NCBI RefSeq assembly: GCF_001457615.1 | Contig: NZ_LN831024.1 | Coordinates: forward strand, 5,310,001 to 5,342,000 | Source: Pseudomonas aeruginosa | Lineage (GTDB): Bacteria > Pseudomonadota > Gammaproteobacteria > Pseudomonadales > Pseudomonadaceae | DNA: 32,000 bases | Direction of reading: 5' to 3' | Part shown: positions 16,235 to 25,284 of the stretch, in pieces | Position numbering within the stretch: position 1 is the stretch's first letter | Layout: the number at the start of each line of letters is the position of its first letter | The notes under the pieces: model-generated | Seen by the model: only the letters and a program-made list of their open reading frames with translations | The model's database searches: none | What the model was told of the DNA's origin: nothing | Position numbers and translations under genes: made by a program

Positions 16235-17299
16235 TCAGAGCGCCTTGAAGGATTCGGCCAGTTCGCGCCAGTCGTCGCGCTCGGGCTCGCCGGGCTTGCG
16301 TGCGCCGAACAGTTGCACGATCAGTTCGCCGTCGGCGTCGAAGGCCTCCCAGCTGGTTACGATGCCATCGGTGCTCGGCTTGCGCACCCGCCAAAGCTCG
16401 GCGATGCCGGTGGTCTTCAGGTGCAGGTTGAATTCCGGATCGAGCACGTTGAACCAGTCGTCCAGCCACTTCAGGTTGCACACAGGCCCGGTATGGATCT
16501 GGATGCAGTGGGCGTTGCCGACGAACACCATGATCGGCAATCCGCTTTCGGCCGCCGCTTCGAAGAGTTTCGCCAGGTCGCCCTTATCCAGGCGCTCGGC
16601 CCATTCGCCGCCAGCCAGGCGCAGCGCCTGGGTGCGCTGCGCGCCATGCTTCTTCAGCAGGGCGTGGAAATGATGGGTGTCCTTCAACGCGGCCCAGCCT
16701 TCGCGCAAGGCGGCGGCATCGATCTGCGCATCGACGAGCGCCGCAGCCGGTGCGCGGGGTTCGTGCAGCGCCAGCACGGCCTCCTGCTCGGCAGCCCGCA
16801 GGCGCTCGACCAGCGGTTCCCAGGCGCGGACGTCGCTGGCCTCGGTAAGGAACACCTTGTGCACCGCCACGCCCTGCTGGTCGAACACCTGGATGCTGCG
16901 CTGGGTACCCCGCGCTGTCTCCTCGGCAATGGCGAAGACGGCGTTCCACCCCCCCAGGAACAGGCGCAGGTCGATATCCGGCGAGACCACCAGGCCCATC
17001 TGCCCATTGGCAGAGACCGTCACTTCGCGATACGGCCCCTTGCGTTCGTGGACGCAATGCTCGTTGCGGGTCAGCGCCATGATCGGCCCCAGTTCGCCGA
17101 GCGCCGGCAGCAAGGCGGCCCAGTCCGGCCGCAGGCGCACGGCATCGATGCCGACCCGGCTGGCGACCAGCTCGCCTTCGCTGACCTGCAACAGCGCGGC
17201 GGCGTCGCGCGCGCGTAGCTGCGGTCGCTCGGCGCGCAGGTCCTGCCAGGCGCGGTAAAGCTCGGCAGGGGAATGGGAAAGGCTGGGAGTGCTGCTCAT
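16235..17299 (-). CDS. phuS: Cytoplasmic haem-trafficking protein (HemS/ChuS/ShuS family)
   Basis: This is the last 354 codons of the 1203-aa ORF-track entry 16235..19846: MSSTPSLSHSPAELYRAWQDLRAERPQLRARDAAALLQVSEGELVASRVG... An alternative Met lies 6 codons upstream (17317). Confidence 0.9.
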   Translation of the reverse strand: MSSTPSLSHSPAELYRAWQDLRAERPQLRARDAAALLQVSEGELVASRVGIDAVRLRPDWAALLPALGELGPIMALTRNEHCVHERKGPYREVTVSANGQMGLVVSPDIDLRLFLGGWNAVFAIAEETARGTQRSIQVFDQQGVAVHKVFLTEASDVRAWEPLVERLRAAEQEAVLALHEPRAPAAALVDAQIDAAALREGWAALKDTHHFHALLKKHGAQRTQALRLAGGEWAERLDKGDLAKLFEAAAESGLPIMVFVGNAHCIQIHTGPVCNLKWLDDWFNVLDPEFNLHLKTTGIAELWRVRKPSTDGIVTSWEAFDADGELIVQLFGARKPGEPERDDWRELAESFKAL

Positions 17300-17386
17300 C
17301 GACGGTTCCTCGGGCATATCCGGTTCGGTCGCGCTACGCGCAAAAACAGGTGAACTTTGCCACAAAACGCATATCTGAATCCATTT

Positions 17387-17405
17387 GATAATTATTTGCA
17401 TTAGC
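17387..17405. promoter_or_regulatory. Fur box in the divergent phuS / phuR control region
   Basis: GATAATTATTTGCATTAGC matches the Fur consensus at 14/19 by my count. It sits in the only AT-rich patch (about 17375-17410) of the 180-bp intergenic region. Confidence 0.75.
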
Positions 17406-17479
17406 GTTTTTCTGGCAGTACCTTGTGCGCCCGACGTCCCCCTGGCTATTCGCCACCGGCCCGACCCAAGGAGTCCCAC

Positions 17480-19774
17480 ATGCCGCTCTCCCCGCCCTTC
17501 GCCCTGCGCCCCTGCCTGGCCCTGCTGTTGCTCAGCCCTTCCCTGGCCCTGGCGGGGAACGCCGTCCCGCTGACCCCGACCACCATCACCGCCACCCGTA
17601 CCGAGCAGGCAGTGGATTCGGTGCCAAGCACCGTCAGCGTGCAGACCCGCGAACAACTGGACCGGCAGAACGTCAACAACATCAAGGAACTGGTGCGCTA
17701 CGAACCGGGAGTCTCGGTCGGCGGCGCCGGCCAGCGTGCCGGGATCACCGGCTACAACATCCGCGGCATCGACGGGAACCGCATCCTTACGCAGATCGAC
17801 GGGGTCGAACTGCCCAACGACTTCTTCAGCGGCCCCTACGCGCAGACCCACCGCAACTACGTCGATCCGGACATCGTAAAGCGCGTGGAAATCCTTCGCG
17901 GCCCGGCCTCGGCGCTGTACGGCAGCAACGCCATCGGCGGCGCGGTGAGCTACTTCACCCTCGACCCGTCGGACATCATCAAGGACGGCAAGGACGTCGG
18001 CGCCCGGCTGAAGGCCGGCTACGAGTCGGCCAGCCACTCCTGGTTGACCTCGGCCACCGTCGCCGGCCGCGCCGACGACTTCGACGGCCTGCTGCATTAT
18101 GGCTACCGCCAGGGCCACGAGACCGAATCCAACGGCGGCCACGGCGGCACCGGGCTCTCGCGCAGCGAAGCCAACCCGGAAGACGCCGACAGCTACAGCC
18201 TGCTCGGCAAGCTGGGCTGGAACTACGCCGAGGGCAGCCGCTTCGGGCTGGTCTTCGAGAAGTACAAGAGCGACGTCGATACCGACCAGAAGAGCGCCTA
18301 TGGCGGCCCGTACGACAAGGGCAAGCCGGCCATCCCGCCGAGCATGCTGCCGGGCGGCATGTACCAGTGGCGCAAGGGCAACGACACCCTGACTCGCGAG
18401 CGCTACGGCCTGGAGCACCATTTCCTGCTCGACAGCCCGGTCGCCGATCGCATCCAGTGGAGCCTGAACTACCAGTTGGCGAAGACCGACCAGGCGACCC
18501 GCGAGTTCTACTACCCGATCACCCGCAAGGTCCTGCGCACCCGCGACACTACCTACAAGGAACGCCTGTGGGTCTTCGACAGCCAGTTGGACAAGAGCTT
18601 CGCCATCGGCGAGACCGAGCACCTGCTGAGCTACGGGATCAATCTCAAGCACCAGAAGGTCACCGGCATGCGCAGCGGCACCGGCACCAACCTGGACACC
18701 GGCGCGGACAGCCCGCGCGATGCCCTGGAACGCAGCAGCGACTTTCCCGATCCGACGGTGAAGACCTACGCCCTGTTCGCCCAGGACAGCATCAGCTGGA
18801 ACGACTGGACCTTCACTCCCGGCCTGCGTTACGACTACACGCGCATGGAGCCGCACATCACCGACGAGTTCCTGCGCACCATGAAGCAGAGCCAGAACAC
18901 CGCGGTCGACGAGTCGGACAAGAAATGGCACCGGGTTTCGCCCAAGTTCGGCGTGACCTACGACTTCGCCCAGCACTACACCTGGTACGGCCAATACGCC
19001 CAGGGCTTCCGCACGCCCACCGCCAAGGCGCTGTACGGTCGATTCGAGAACCTGCAGGCGGGCTACCACATCGAGCCTAACCCCAACCTCAAGCCGGAAA
19101 AGAGCCAGAGCTTCGAGACCGGGTTGCGCGGCAAGTTCGACGAAGGCAGCTTCGGCGTAGCGGTGTTCTACAACAAATATCGCGACTTCATCGACGAAGA
19201 CGCCCTGAATACCGATAGCACCGGCGGCAACGGCCAGACCTTCCAGTCCAACAACATCGAGCGGGCGGTGATCAAGGGCGTCGAGCTCAAGGGCCGCCTG
19301 GAGCTGGGCGCCTTCGGCGCGCCGCAGGGGCTCTACACCCAGGGCAGCGTGGCCTACGCCTACGGTCGCAACAAGGACAACGGCGAGCCGATCAACAGCG
19401 TCAACCCACTCACCGGAGTGTTCGGCCTGGGCTACGACGAAGCAGACGGCAACTACGGCGGGCTGCTCAGCTGGACCCTGGTCAAACGCAAGGATCGCGT
19501 CGACGACAGCACCTTCCACACCCCGGATGGCACCGCCAGCCAGTTCAAGACCCCGGGCTTCGGCGTCCTCGACCTCAGCGCCTACTACAGGCTGAGCAAG
19601 GACCTGACCCTCAACGCCGGTCTCTACAACCTGACCGACAAGAAATACTGGCTGTGGGATGACGTGCGCGGCTACGACAGCGTCGGCGAGGCTTCGGCGC
19701 TGGCCCCGGCCAACATCGACCGACTGTCCCAGCCAGGCCGCAATTTCGCGGTCAACCTGGTCTGGGACATCTGA
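17480..19774 (+). CDS. phuR: TonB-dependent outer-membrane haem/haemoglobin receptor
   Basis: Internal Met of ORF 17423..19774, with SD AAGGAG 5 nt upstream. Signal peptide MPLSPPFALRPCLALLLLSPSLALA. Haem-receptor hallmark FRTP...GYHIEPNPNL (FRAP/NPNL boxes with the intervening His). Confidence 0.95.
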   Translation: MPLSPPFALRPCLALLLLSPSLALAGNAVPLTPTTITATRTEQAVDSVPSTVSVQTREQLDRQNVNNIKELVRYEPGVSVGGAGQRAGITGYNIRGIDGNRILTQIDGVELPNDFFSGPYAQTHRNYVDPDIVKRVEILRGPASALYGSNAIGGAVSYFTLDPSDIIKDGKDVGARLKAGYESASHSWLTSATVAGRADDFDGLLHYGYRQGHETESNGGHGGTGLSRSEANPEDADSYSLLGKLGWNYAEGSRFGLVFEKYKSDVDTDQKSAYGGPYDKGKPAIPPSMLPGGMYQWRKGNDTLTRERYGLEHHFLLDSPVADRIQWSLNYQLAKTDQATREFYYPITRKVLRTRDTTYKERLWVFDSQLDKSFAIGETEHLLSYGINLKHQKVTGMRSGTGTNLDTGADSPRDALERSSDFPDPTVKTYALFAQDSISWNDWTFTPGLRYDYTRMEPHITDEFLRTMKQSQNTAVDESDKKWHRVSPKFGVTYDFAQHYTWYGQYAQGFRTPTAKALYGRFENLQAGYHIEPNPNLKPEKSQSFETGLRGKFDEGSFGVAVFYNKYRDFIDEDALNTDSTGGNGQTFQSNNIERAVIKGVELKGRLELGAFGAPQGLYTQGSVAYAYGRNKDNGEPINSVNPLTGVFGLGYDEADGNYGGLLSWTLVKRKDRVDDSTFHTPDGTASQFKTPGFGVLDLSAYYRLSKDLTLNAGLYNLTDKKYWLWDDVRGYDSVGEASALAPANIDRLSQPGRNFAVNLVWDI

Positions 19775-19812
19775 CCCGTTACCCCTTCGCACACGGAAGT
19801 GCCCCCATACCC

Positions 19813-19839
19813 AGCGCCTGGCCATGCCGGGCGCTTTCC
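19813..19839 (+). terminator. Probable phuR terminator hairpin (weak U tract)
   Basis: AGCGCCUGG-CCAUG-CCGGGCGCU (9 pairs including one G-U) followed by UUCC, 39 nt after the phuR stop. Confidence 0.45.
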
Positions 19840-19900
19840 ATGCCACAGGTGAAAGCCGTCCTCCGGATCAGGGATAATGATCCCGGCAAACGGAGCGCCC

Positions 19901-20224
19901 ATGATCCACCTGTGTCCCTCTTCCCATCTCGCCGAAGGCAACAGCCGCGGCTTCCTCGTCGATGAGCGGCGGCTGTTCGCGGTGCGTCGCGACGGCCGCG
20001 CCTACATCTACCTGAACCGCTGCCCGCATCGCGGCATCCCGTTGGAGTGGCAGCCCGATGCCTTCCTCGACGACAGCGCCAGCCTGATCCGTTGCGCCAG
20101 CCACGGCGCGCTGTTCCTCATCGAGTCCGGCGAGTGCGTCGCCGGCCCCTGCGCTGGCGAGCGCTTGCGCGCCCTGCCCTGCCGGGAAGACGCCGAAGGC
20201 CTCTGGGTGGAGCTGGACGACTGA
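19901..20224 (+). CDS. Small Rieske [2Fe-2S] domain protein
   Basis: Second Met of ORF 19877..20224, with GGAG 5 nt upstream. Cluster ligand motifs CPHRG and CASHGALF (CxH...CxxH). Confidence 0.8.
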   Translation: MIHLCPSSHLAEGNSRGFLVDERRLFAVRRDGRAYIYLNRCPHRGIPLEWQPDAFLDDSASLIRCASHGALFLIESGECVAGPCAGERLRALPCREDAEGLWVELDD

Positions 20225-20304
20225 CCCAACGGGGGATGGGCGGCAAGCCGCGAGGCAACGGCTAGGCTTGCGGCACAAAGATAAAAAAGAGGAAGGAACG
20301 CGCC

Positions 20305-20817
20305 ATGCGCCGATTCAGCCTGCGCTTCGTCCTGCTGCTCCTGTTCGGCCTGCTGCTCTATGCCTGCCGCAATGAACCGGGCCCCGTACGGCTCGCCCCT
20401 GGCGTAACAGCGGCGGATTACCGGACTTTCTTCATCCAGGCGGTACGCGCCGAGGGGCACCGCATCGACTTCGAGGAGCGTTTCGATACGGCCGTGCGCC
20501 GCGCCCTGGAGGCCAAGGGCTATCGCTACCACGCGGAACACGGCGACCTGCGGGTGATCTACGCCCTCGGCCTGCAACGCCAGCCGGGCCTGGAAATGCG
20601 CCCGGTGATCACCCAGGATGGCGTCTTCACCCAGACCCAACTGACCGAAGACACCGAGGCCAGGCTGGCGCTGCGCATCCTTGACGAAAGCAACGGCAGG
20701 GTCCTTCTGGAAAGCGTGCTGAGCCGCCAACTGCACGATCCGGCGCTGACCCAGGAAGCGTTCGACCGCGGCGTCGCGCAGTTGCTGAAGGACTTCCCGA
20801 GCCGCAGTCAACCTTGA
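20305..20817 (+). CDS. Lipoprotein of unknown function
   Basis: 170-aa ORF with SD GAGGAAGGA. Lipobox MRRFSLRFVLLLLFGLLLYAC. Confidence 0.7.
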   Translation: MRRFSLRFVLLLLFGLLLYACRNEPGPVRLAPGVTAADYRTFFIQAVRAEGHRIDFEERFDTAVRRALEAKGYRYHAEHGDLRVIYALGLQRQPGLEMRPVITQDGVFTQTQLTEDTEARLALRILDESNGRVLLESVLSRQLHDPALTQEAFDRGVAQLLKDFPSRSQP

Positions 20818-20820
20818 ATG

Positions 20821-21270
20821 TCACAGGCCGTCGAAGTCGTCCTCGCGACGCTCGGCGCTCTCGCCGGGTGCCGACAGCCGGGGCGGCCGCCGTTGCAGCC
20901 ACCACAGGGCGGCGATCCCCAGGGCAGCCATTGCGCCGCGGAACAGCAGGCCGAACAGGTTGCCGTCGGCCTCCATCCCGCCCTCGATCCAGGCAATCAA
21001 TAGCCGCGACAGGGTCAGGATCGATTGCAGCAGCACTACCAGGATCAACGCCGGCTGCACCAGCGAAGCCCGGCGCAGGGCGAACAGCAGGAACAACGCC
21101 AGGGCGAACTGATGGCCGCCATAGAACACCCGCGCATCGCTGACCGCCGAAGGCTCCATCAGCAGCATGCCACTGAGATTGGCCATCTCGTAGGGACGCA
21201 CCCAGTACAGCACTCCCAGCGCGCCCCATACCAGCGCCTGAACCAGCAAAACCAAACGGGCGAAGAGCAT
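20821..21270 (-). CDS. Small integral membrane protein of unknown function
   Basis: Internal Met of ORF 20821..21426 preceded by GAGGAGAAAGGGG. MLFARLVLLVQALVWGALGVLYWV..., about four hydrophobic helices, acidic C-terminal tail. Confidence 0.65.
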   Translation of the reverse strand: MLFARLVLLVQALVWGALGVLYWVRPYEMANLSGMLLMEPSAVSDARVFYGGHQFALALFLLFALRRASLVQPALILVVLLQSILTLSRLLIAWIEGGMEADGNLFGLLFRGAMAALGIAALWWLQRRPPRLSAPGESAERREDDFDGL

Positions 21271-21518
21271 CCCCTTTCTCCTCGGGCCTGTTGCCCCAGC
21301 GGTCAGTTCGACACCGGCGGCGAACGCCCCGGCAACCCTAAGGACAGCAGACCCAAACCGCGCCGACGAGTTCGCTGCGACAATCCGTCCCTGCCCAACG
21401 GCAACCCGGCGCGGCGGGCAGCGCATCGCTTCGTCACAAGTGGATACAGCTCACCGGCTGGGTGGCGGCGGGTGCCAGCGGTATGCTCCCGGCATTCGCT
21501 CGCAGCAAGGAGAATCCC

Positions 21519-21968
21519 ATGCGCCGCTTCGCACCCCTGGCCGTCCTGGCCGCCACCCTGCTCCACGGTTCCCTGGTCCAGGCCGCCGAACCGCTGGCCA
21601 TCGACGTCCACCGCGACGCCAACTGCGGCTGCTGCAAGGACTGGATCAAGCACCTCGAAGCCAACGGTTTCAAGGTCACCGACCATGTGGAAGCAGACAT
21701 GAGCGCAGTCAAGAGCCGTCTCGGCGTGCCCTACAGCATGGGCTCCTGTCATACCGGAGTGATCGACGGCAAGTTCGTCGAAGGCCACGTGCCGGCAGCC
21801 GACATCCTCAAGCTGCGCGAACGCGCCGACCTGGTCGGCGCCGCCGTACCGGGCATGCCGGTCGGCTCGCCGGGCATGGAAATGGACGACCGCCAGGACG
21901 CCTACCAGGTCGTCGGCCTGACCAGGAGCGGCCAGGCCTCGGTACTGGCGGAGTACCCGGGACGCTAA
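21519..21968 (+). CDS. Periplasmic DUF411 / CopG-like metal-binding protein
   Basis: Internal Met of ORF 21462..21968, with SD AAGGAG. Signal peptide MRRFAPLAVLAATLLHGSLVQA. Conserved CGCC motif (DANCGCCKDW), SCHTG, and Met-rich GMPVGSPGMEMD. Confidence 0.8.
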   Translation: MRRFAPLAVLAATLLHGSLVQAAEPLAIDVHRDANCGCCKDWIKHLEANGFKVTDHVEADMSAVKSRLGVPYSMGSCHTGVIDGKFVEGHVPAADILKLRERADLVGAAVPGMPVGSPGMEMDDRQDAYQVVGLTRSGQASVLAEYPGR

Positions 21969-21970
21969 CG

Positions 21971-22005
21971 AAAACGCCGTTTTCCCTGGGGAAAACGGCG
22001 TTTTT
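21971..22005. terminator. Bidirectional intrinsic terminator between convergent genes
   Basis: AAAACGCCGTTTTCC-CTGG-GGAAAACGGCGTTTT(T). Perfect 15-bp stem with T/A runs on both sides. Confidence 0.9.
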
Positions 22006-22026
22006 CCTTGTAGCAGGACGTGAGGA

Positions 22027-23262
22027 TCACTCCGCCAGGCTATCGACCTTCCTCTGCGGCGACAGCAGCCCGTCGGCGCGGAACATCGCCTTGATCCCGC
22101 GCACCGCCTGGCGCAGGCGGTCGCGGTTCTCGATCAGGGCGAAACGCACATGATCGTCGCCGTAGTCGCCGAAGCCGATCCCCGGCGACACCGAGACCTT
22201 GGCGTCCTGCAACAGCTTCTTGGCGAACTCCAGCGAGCCCAGATGCGCGTAGGGCTCGGGGATCTTCGCCCAGACGTACATCGAGGCCTTCGGGTTCTCC
22301 ACCATCCAGCCGGCCTCGCGCAGCCCCTTCACCAGGACGTCGCGGCGCTGCTGGTACTGCCGGGCGATATCGCGGACGCACTGCTGGTCGCCTTCCAGAG
22401 CGGCAATGGCCGCCACCTGCAGGGGCGTGAAGGTGCCGTAGTCGTGGTAGCTCTTGATCCGCGCCAGGGCCGAGACCAGCTCGGGATTGCCGACCATGAA
22501 GCCGATCCGCCAGCCGGCCATGTTGTAGCTCTTCGACAGGGTGAAGAACTCCACGGCGATATCCTTGGCACCCGGTACCTGCATGATCGACGGCGCTTTC
22601 CAGCCGTCGTAGACGATGTCTGCATAGGCCAGGTCGTGCACGACCATCACGTCGTACTGCTTGGCCAGCGCCACCACGCGCTCGAAGAAGTCCAGCTCGA
22701 CGCACTGCGCGGTAGGGTTGGAGGGGAAACCGAGAATCATCATGCGCGGCTTGGGAATCGATTCGCGGATCGCCCGTTCCAGCTCGTTGAAGAAATCGAT
22801 GCCCGGCACCAGCGGCACCGAGCGCACCTGGGCGCCGGCGATCACCGCACCGTAGATGTGGATCGGATAGCTCGGGTTGGGCACGAGGATGGTGTCGCCA
22901 TGGTCGAGGGTCGCCAGCATCAGGTGCGCCAGGCCTTCCTTGGAGCCGATGGTGACGATGGCTTCGCTTTCCGGGTCGATCTGCACGTCGTAGCGGTCAC
23001 GGTACCAGTGCGAGATGGCCCGGCGCAGGCGCGGGATGCCACGCGAGGTGGAGTAGCCATGGGTGTCTTCGCGCTGGGCGACGGTGCAGAGCTTCTCGAC
23101 GATATGCGGCGGGGTCGGCCCGTCGGGATTGCCCATGCTCAGGTCGATGATGTCCTCGCCACGGCGACGAGCGGCCATCTTCAGTTCGGCGGTGATATTG
23201 AAAACGTAGGGGGGAAGGCGGTCGATGCGCGCGAAACGGCGCGCAGGGCGTGATTCAGCCAT
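22027..23262 (-). CDS. alaC: PLP-dependent class I aminotransferase, close to E. coli AlaC (YfdZ) glutamate-pyruvate aminotransferase
   Basis: Internal Met of ORF 22027..23409 (SD GAGGA). [51 protein letters not shown]... is nearly collinear with AlaC as I remember it. PLP-lysine motif [10 protein letters not shown]. Confidence 0.8.
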   Translation of the reverse strand: MAESRPARRFARIDRLPPYVFNITAELKMAARRRGEDIIDLSMGNPDGPTPPHIVEKLCTVAQREDTHGYSTSRGIPRLRRAISHWYRDRYDVQIDPESEAIVTIGSKEGLAHLMLATLDHGDTILVPNPSYPIHIYGAVIAGAQVRSVPLVPGIDFFNELERAIRESIPKPRMMILGFPSNPTAQCVELDFFERVVALAKQYDVMVVHDLAYADIVYDGWKAPSIMQVPGAKDIAVEFFTLSKSYNMAGWRIGFMVGNPELVSALARIKSYHDYGTFTPLQVAAIAALEGDQQCVRDIARQYQQRRDVLVKGLREAGWMVENPKASMYVWAKIPEPYAHLGSLEFAKKLLQDAKVSVSPGIGFGDYGDDHVRFALIENRDRLRQAVRGIKAMFRADGLLSPQRKVDSLAE

Positions 23263-23431
23263 GCTGTCCTCGGAGTAACGTAAGCGCCCGGAACCGTCCG
23301 AGCGACGCCGACCGCTGCGGCGGCCTGGAAAGCGCAAGCCAGGCGCTTTCTTGTCGGCGAACATAAAGGCCGATAGGCTGCTTGTCGAGTCCCCCCTCGC
23401 GTTTTTCATTCCATTTCACAGGAAAAGGCCC

Positions 23432-24286
23432 ATGTCCCGACGCTACTGGCAACTCGATGTGTTCGCCGAGCGTCCGCTCACCGGCAACGGTCTGGCCGTA
23501 TTCGACGACGCCAGCGCCCTCGATGACGCCGCCATGCAGGCCTGGACCCGCGAACTGCGCCAGTTCGAGTCGATCTTCCTGCTGCCGGGCAACGACCCAC
23601 GGGCCTTCCGCGCACGGATCTTCACCCTGGAGGAAGAACTGCCGTTCGCGGGCCACCCGCTGCTCGGCGCCGCCGCCCTGCTCCATCACCTGCGCGGCGG
23701 CGACAACGAACAGCACTGGACGCTGCACCTGGCCAGCAAGTCGGTGGCCCTGCGCAGCGTGCGGGCGGGCAGCGGTTTCTACGCCGAGATGGACCAGGGC
23801 CGCGCCGAATTCGGCGCCACCCCGGACGCCGGGACCTGCCGCTGGTTCGCCGAAGCCTTCTCGCTATCGGCCAACGACCTGTCCGGGCATCCGCCGCGGG
23901 TGGTGAGCACCGGCCTGCCCTACCTGCTCCTGCCGGTGACCGCCGAGGCACTGGGTCGAGCCCGTCAGGTCAACGATTTGCAAGAAGCCCTGGATAAACT
24001 CGGCGCGGCGTTTGTCTATCTGCTCGACGTCGACGGGCGCGAGGGCCGCACCTGGGACAACCTGGGGCTGGTGGAAGACGTGGCTACCGGCAGCGCTGCC
24101 GGTCCGGTCGCCGCCTACCTGGTGGAATACGGGCTTGCCGCGCGCGGCGAACCCTTCGTCCTGCACCAGGGACGCTTCCTCGACCGGCCGAGCCGACTCG
24201 ACGTCCAGGTCGCGACAGACGGTAGCGTAAGGGTCGGCGGCCACGTCCAACTGCTCGCCCGCGCCGAGCTGCTGACCTCGGCCTGA
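23432..24286 (+). CDS. PhzF-family (diaminopimelate-epimerase-fold) isomerase-like protein
   Basis: Internal Met of ORF 23351..24286. MSRRYWQLDVFAERPLTGNGLAVFDDA...ELRQFESIFLLP...ARIFTLEEELPFAGHPLLGAA is the PhzF-family pattern. Confidence 0.8.
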   Translation: MSRRYWQLDVFAERPLTGNGLAVFDDASALDDAAMQAWTRELRQFESIFLLPGNDPRAFRARIFTLEEELPFAGHPLLGAAALLHHLRGGDNEQHWTLHLASKSVALRSVRAGSGFYAEMDQGRAEFGATPDAGTCRWFAEAFSLSANDLSGHPPRVVSTGLPYLLLPVTAEALGRARQVNDLQEALDKLGAAFVYLLDVDGREGRTWDNLGLVEDVATGSAAGPVAAYLVEYGLAARGEPFVLHQGRFLDRPSRLDVQVATDGSVRVGGHVQLLARAELLTSA

Positions 24287-24353
24287 CGGTCGGGGTGGCG
24301 CTGGCGGCGGACGACGACAACACTGAAGAAGCGAAACGTACAGGAGAACCGCC

Positions 24354-25246
24354 ATGCTCTGGCGCAAAGGACGACGCAGTGACAACGTGATTGATGCCCG
24401 GGGCGAAGGAGGCGCAGGCGGCGGTGGCGGCATGCGCATCGGCGGCAAGGGCCTCAGCCTGGGTGGGGTGGCCATCGTGGTGGTGGTCGGCCTGCTGATG
24501 GGCCAGGACCCGATGCAGATCCTCGGGTCGCTGCTCGGCCAGATGGACAGCCCGGCGCCGGCCACCCAGCAGCAGGCCGGCGGTCGGGCCCGGCGGCCAA
24601 TGACGAGCAGAGCGAGTTCGTCCGCTCGATCCTCGGCGACACCGAGGACACCTGGGAACAGATCTTCGCCAGCGGCCAGGCACAATACCAACAGCCCAAG
24701 CTGGTGCTGTTCAGCAATGGGGTGAATTCCGCCTGCGGCTTCGCCTCGTCGGCCACCGGGCCGTTCTACTGTCCGGCCGACCGCCGGGTCTACCTCGACC
24801 TGGAGTTCTTCCGCGAGATGGAACAGCGCTTCTCCGCCGCCGGCGACTTCGCCCAGGCCTATGTGATCGCCCACGAGGTCGGCCACCACGTGCAGAACCT
24901 GATGGGCATCTCGGCCAAGATCAACGCAGCCCGCCAGCGCGGCGCGCGCATGGAGGGCGCCAACGGCCTGTCGGTACGCCAGGAACTGCAGGCGGACTGC
25001 TTCGCCGGGGTCTGGGCCAACCGTGCACAGCAGCGGCTGAACTGGCTGGAGCCGGGCGACATCGAGGAAGCCCTGAACGCCGCCAACGCCATCGGCGACG
25101 ATCGCCTGCAACGCCAGGGCCGCGGCATGGTGGTGCCGGATTCCTTCACCCATGGCTCCTCGGCGCAACGCATGCGCTGGTTCAAGACCGGCTTCGAGAG
25201 CGGCTCGCCGGCCAGTTGCGATACCTTCAAGGCCCAGACGCTCTGA
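24354..25246 (+). pseudogene. YpfJ-like putative zinc metalloprotease interrupted by a -1 frameshift as sequenced
   Basis: ORFs 24354..24725 and 24704..25246 together read as one YpfJ-family protein: MLWRKGRRSDNVIDARGEGG..., one TM helix, then ...NDEQSEFVRSILGDTEDTWEQIF...GPFYCPADRRVYLDLEFF...HEVGHHVQ (HExxH). The span is 893 nt (3n+2). The frame changes within about 24579-24592. Confidence 0.8.
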
Positions 25247-25254
25247 GCCTCGCC

Positions 25255-25284
25255 GCCAGCCGGGCGCTTAGCGCCCCGGCTGGC
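25255..25284. terminator. Hairpin between convergent genes (overlaps the stop codon of the lipoprotein gene)
   Basis: GCCAGCCGGGCGC-TTA-GCGCCCCGGCTGGC. 13-bp stem with one bulged C. Flanking T/A tracts are weak. Confidence 0.5.

Noticed and set aside
17300-17317. Alternative phuS start 6 codons upstream (MPEEPSMSSTPS...)
   Set aside because: Either start is possible from sequence alone. I kept 17299 because it gives the 354-aa length I associate with PhuS. The difference does not change the call.
17300-19846. Upstream 849 codons of the 1203-aa minus-strand ORF 16235..19846
   Set aside because: Only the last 354 codons (16235..17299) are PhuS. The rest crosses the AT-rich Fur-box promoter region and runs antisense to phuR, whose TonB-dependent receptor motifs are unambiguous on the plus strand.
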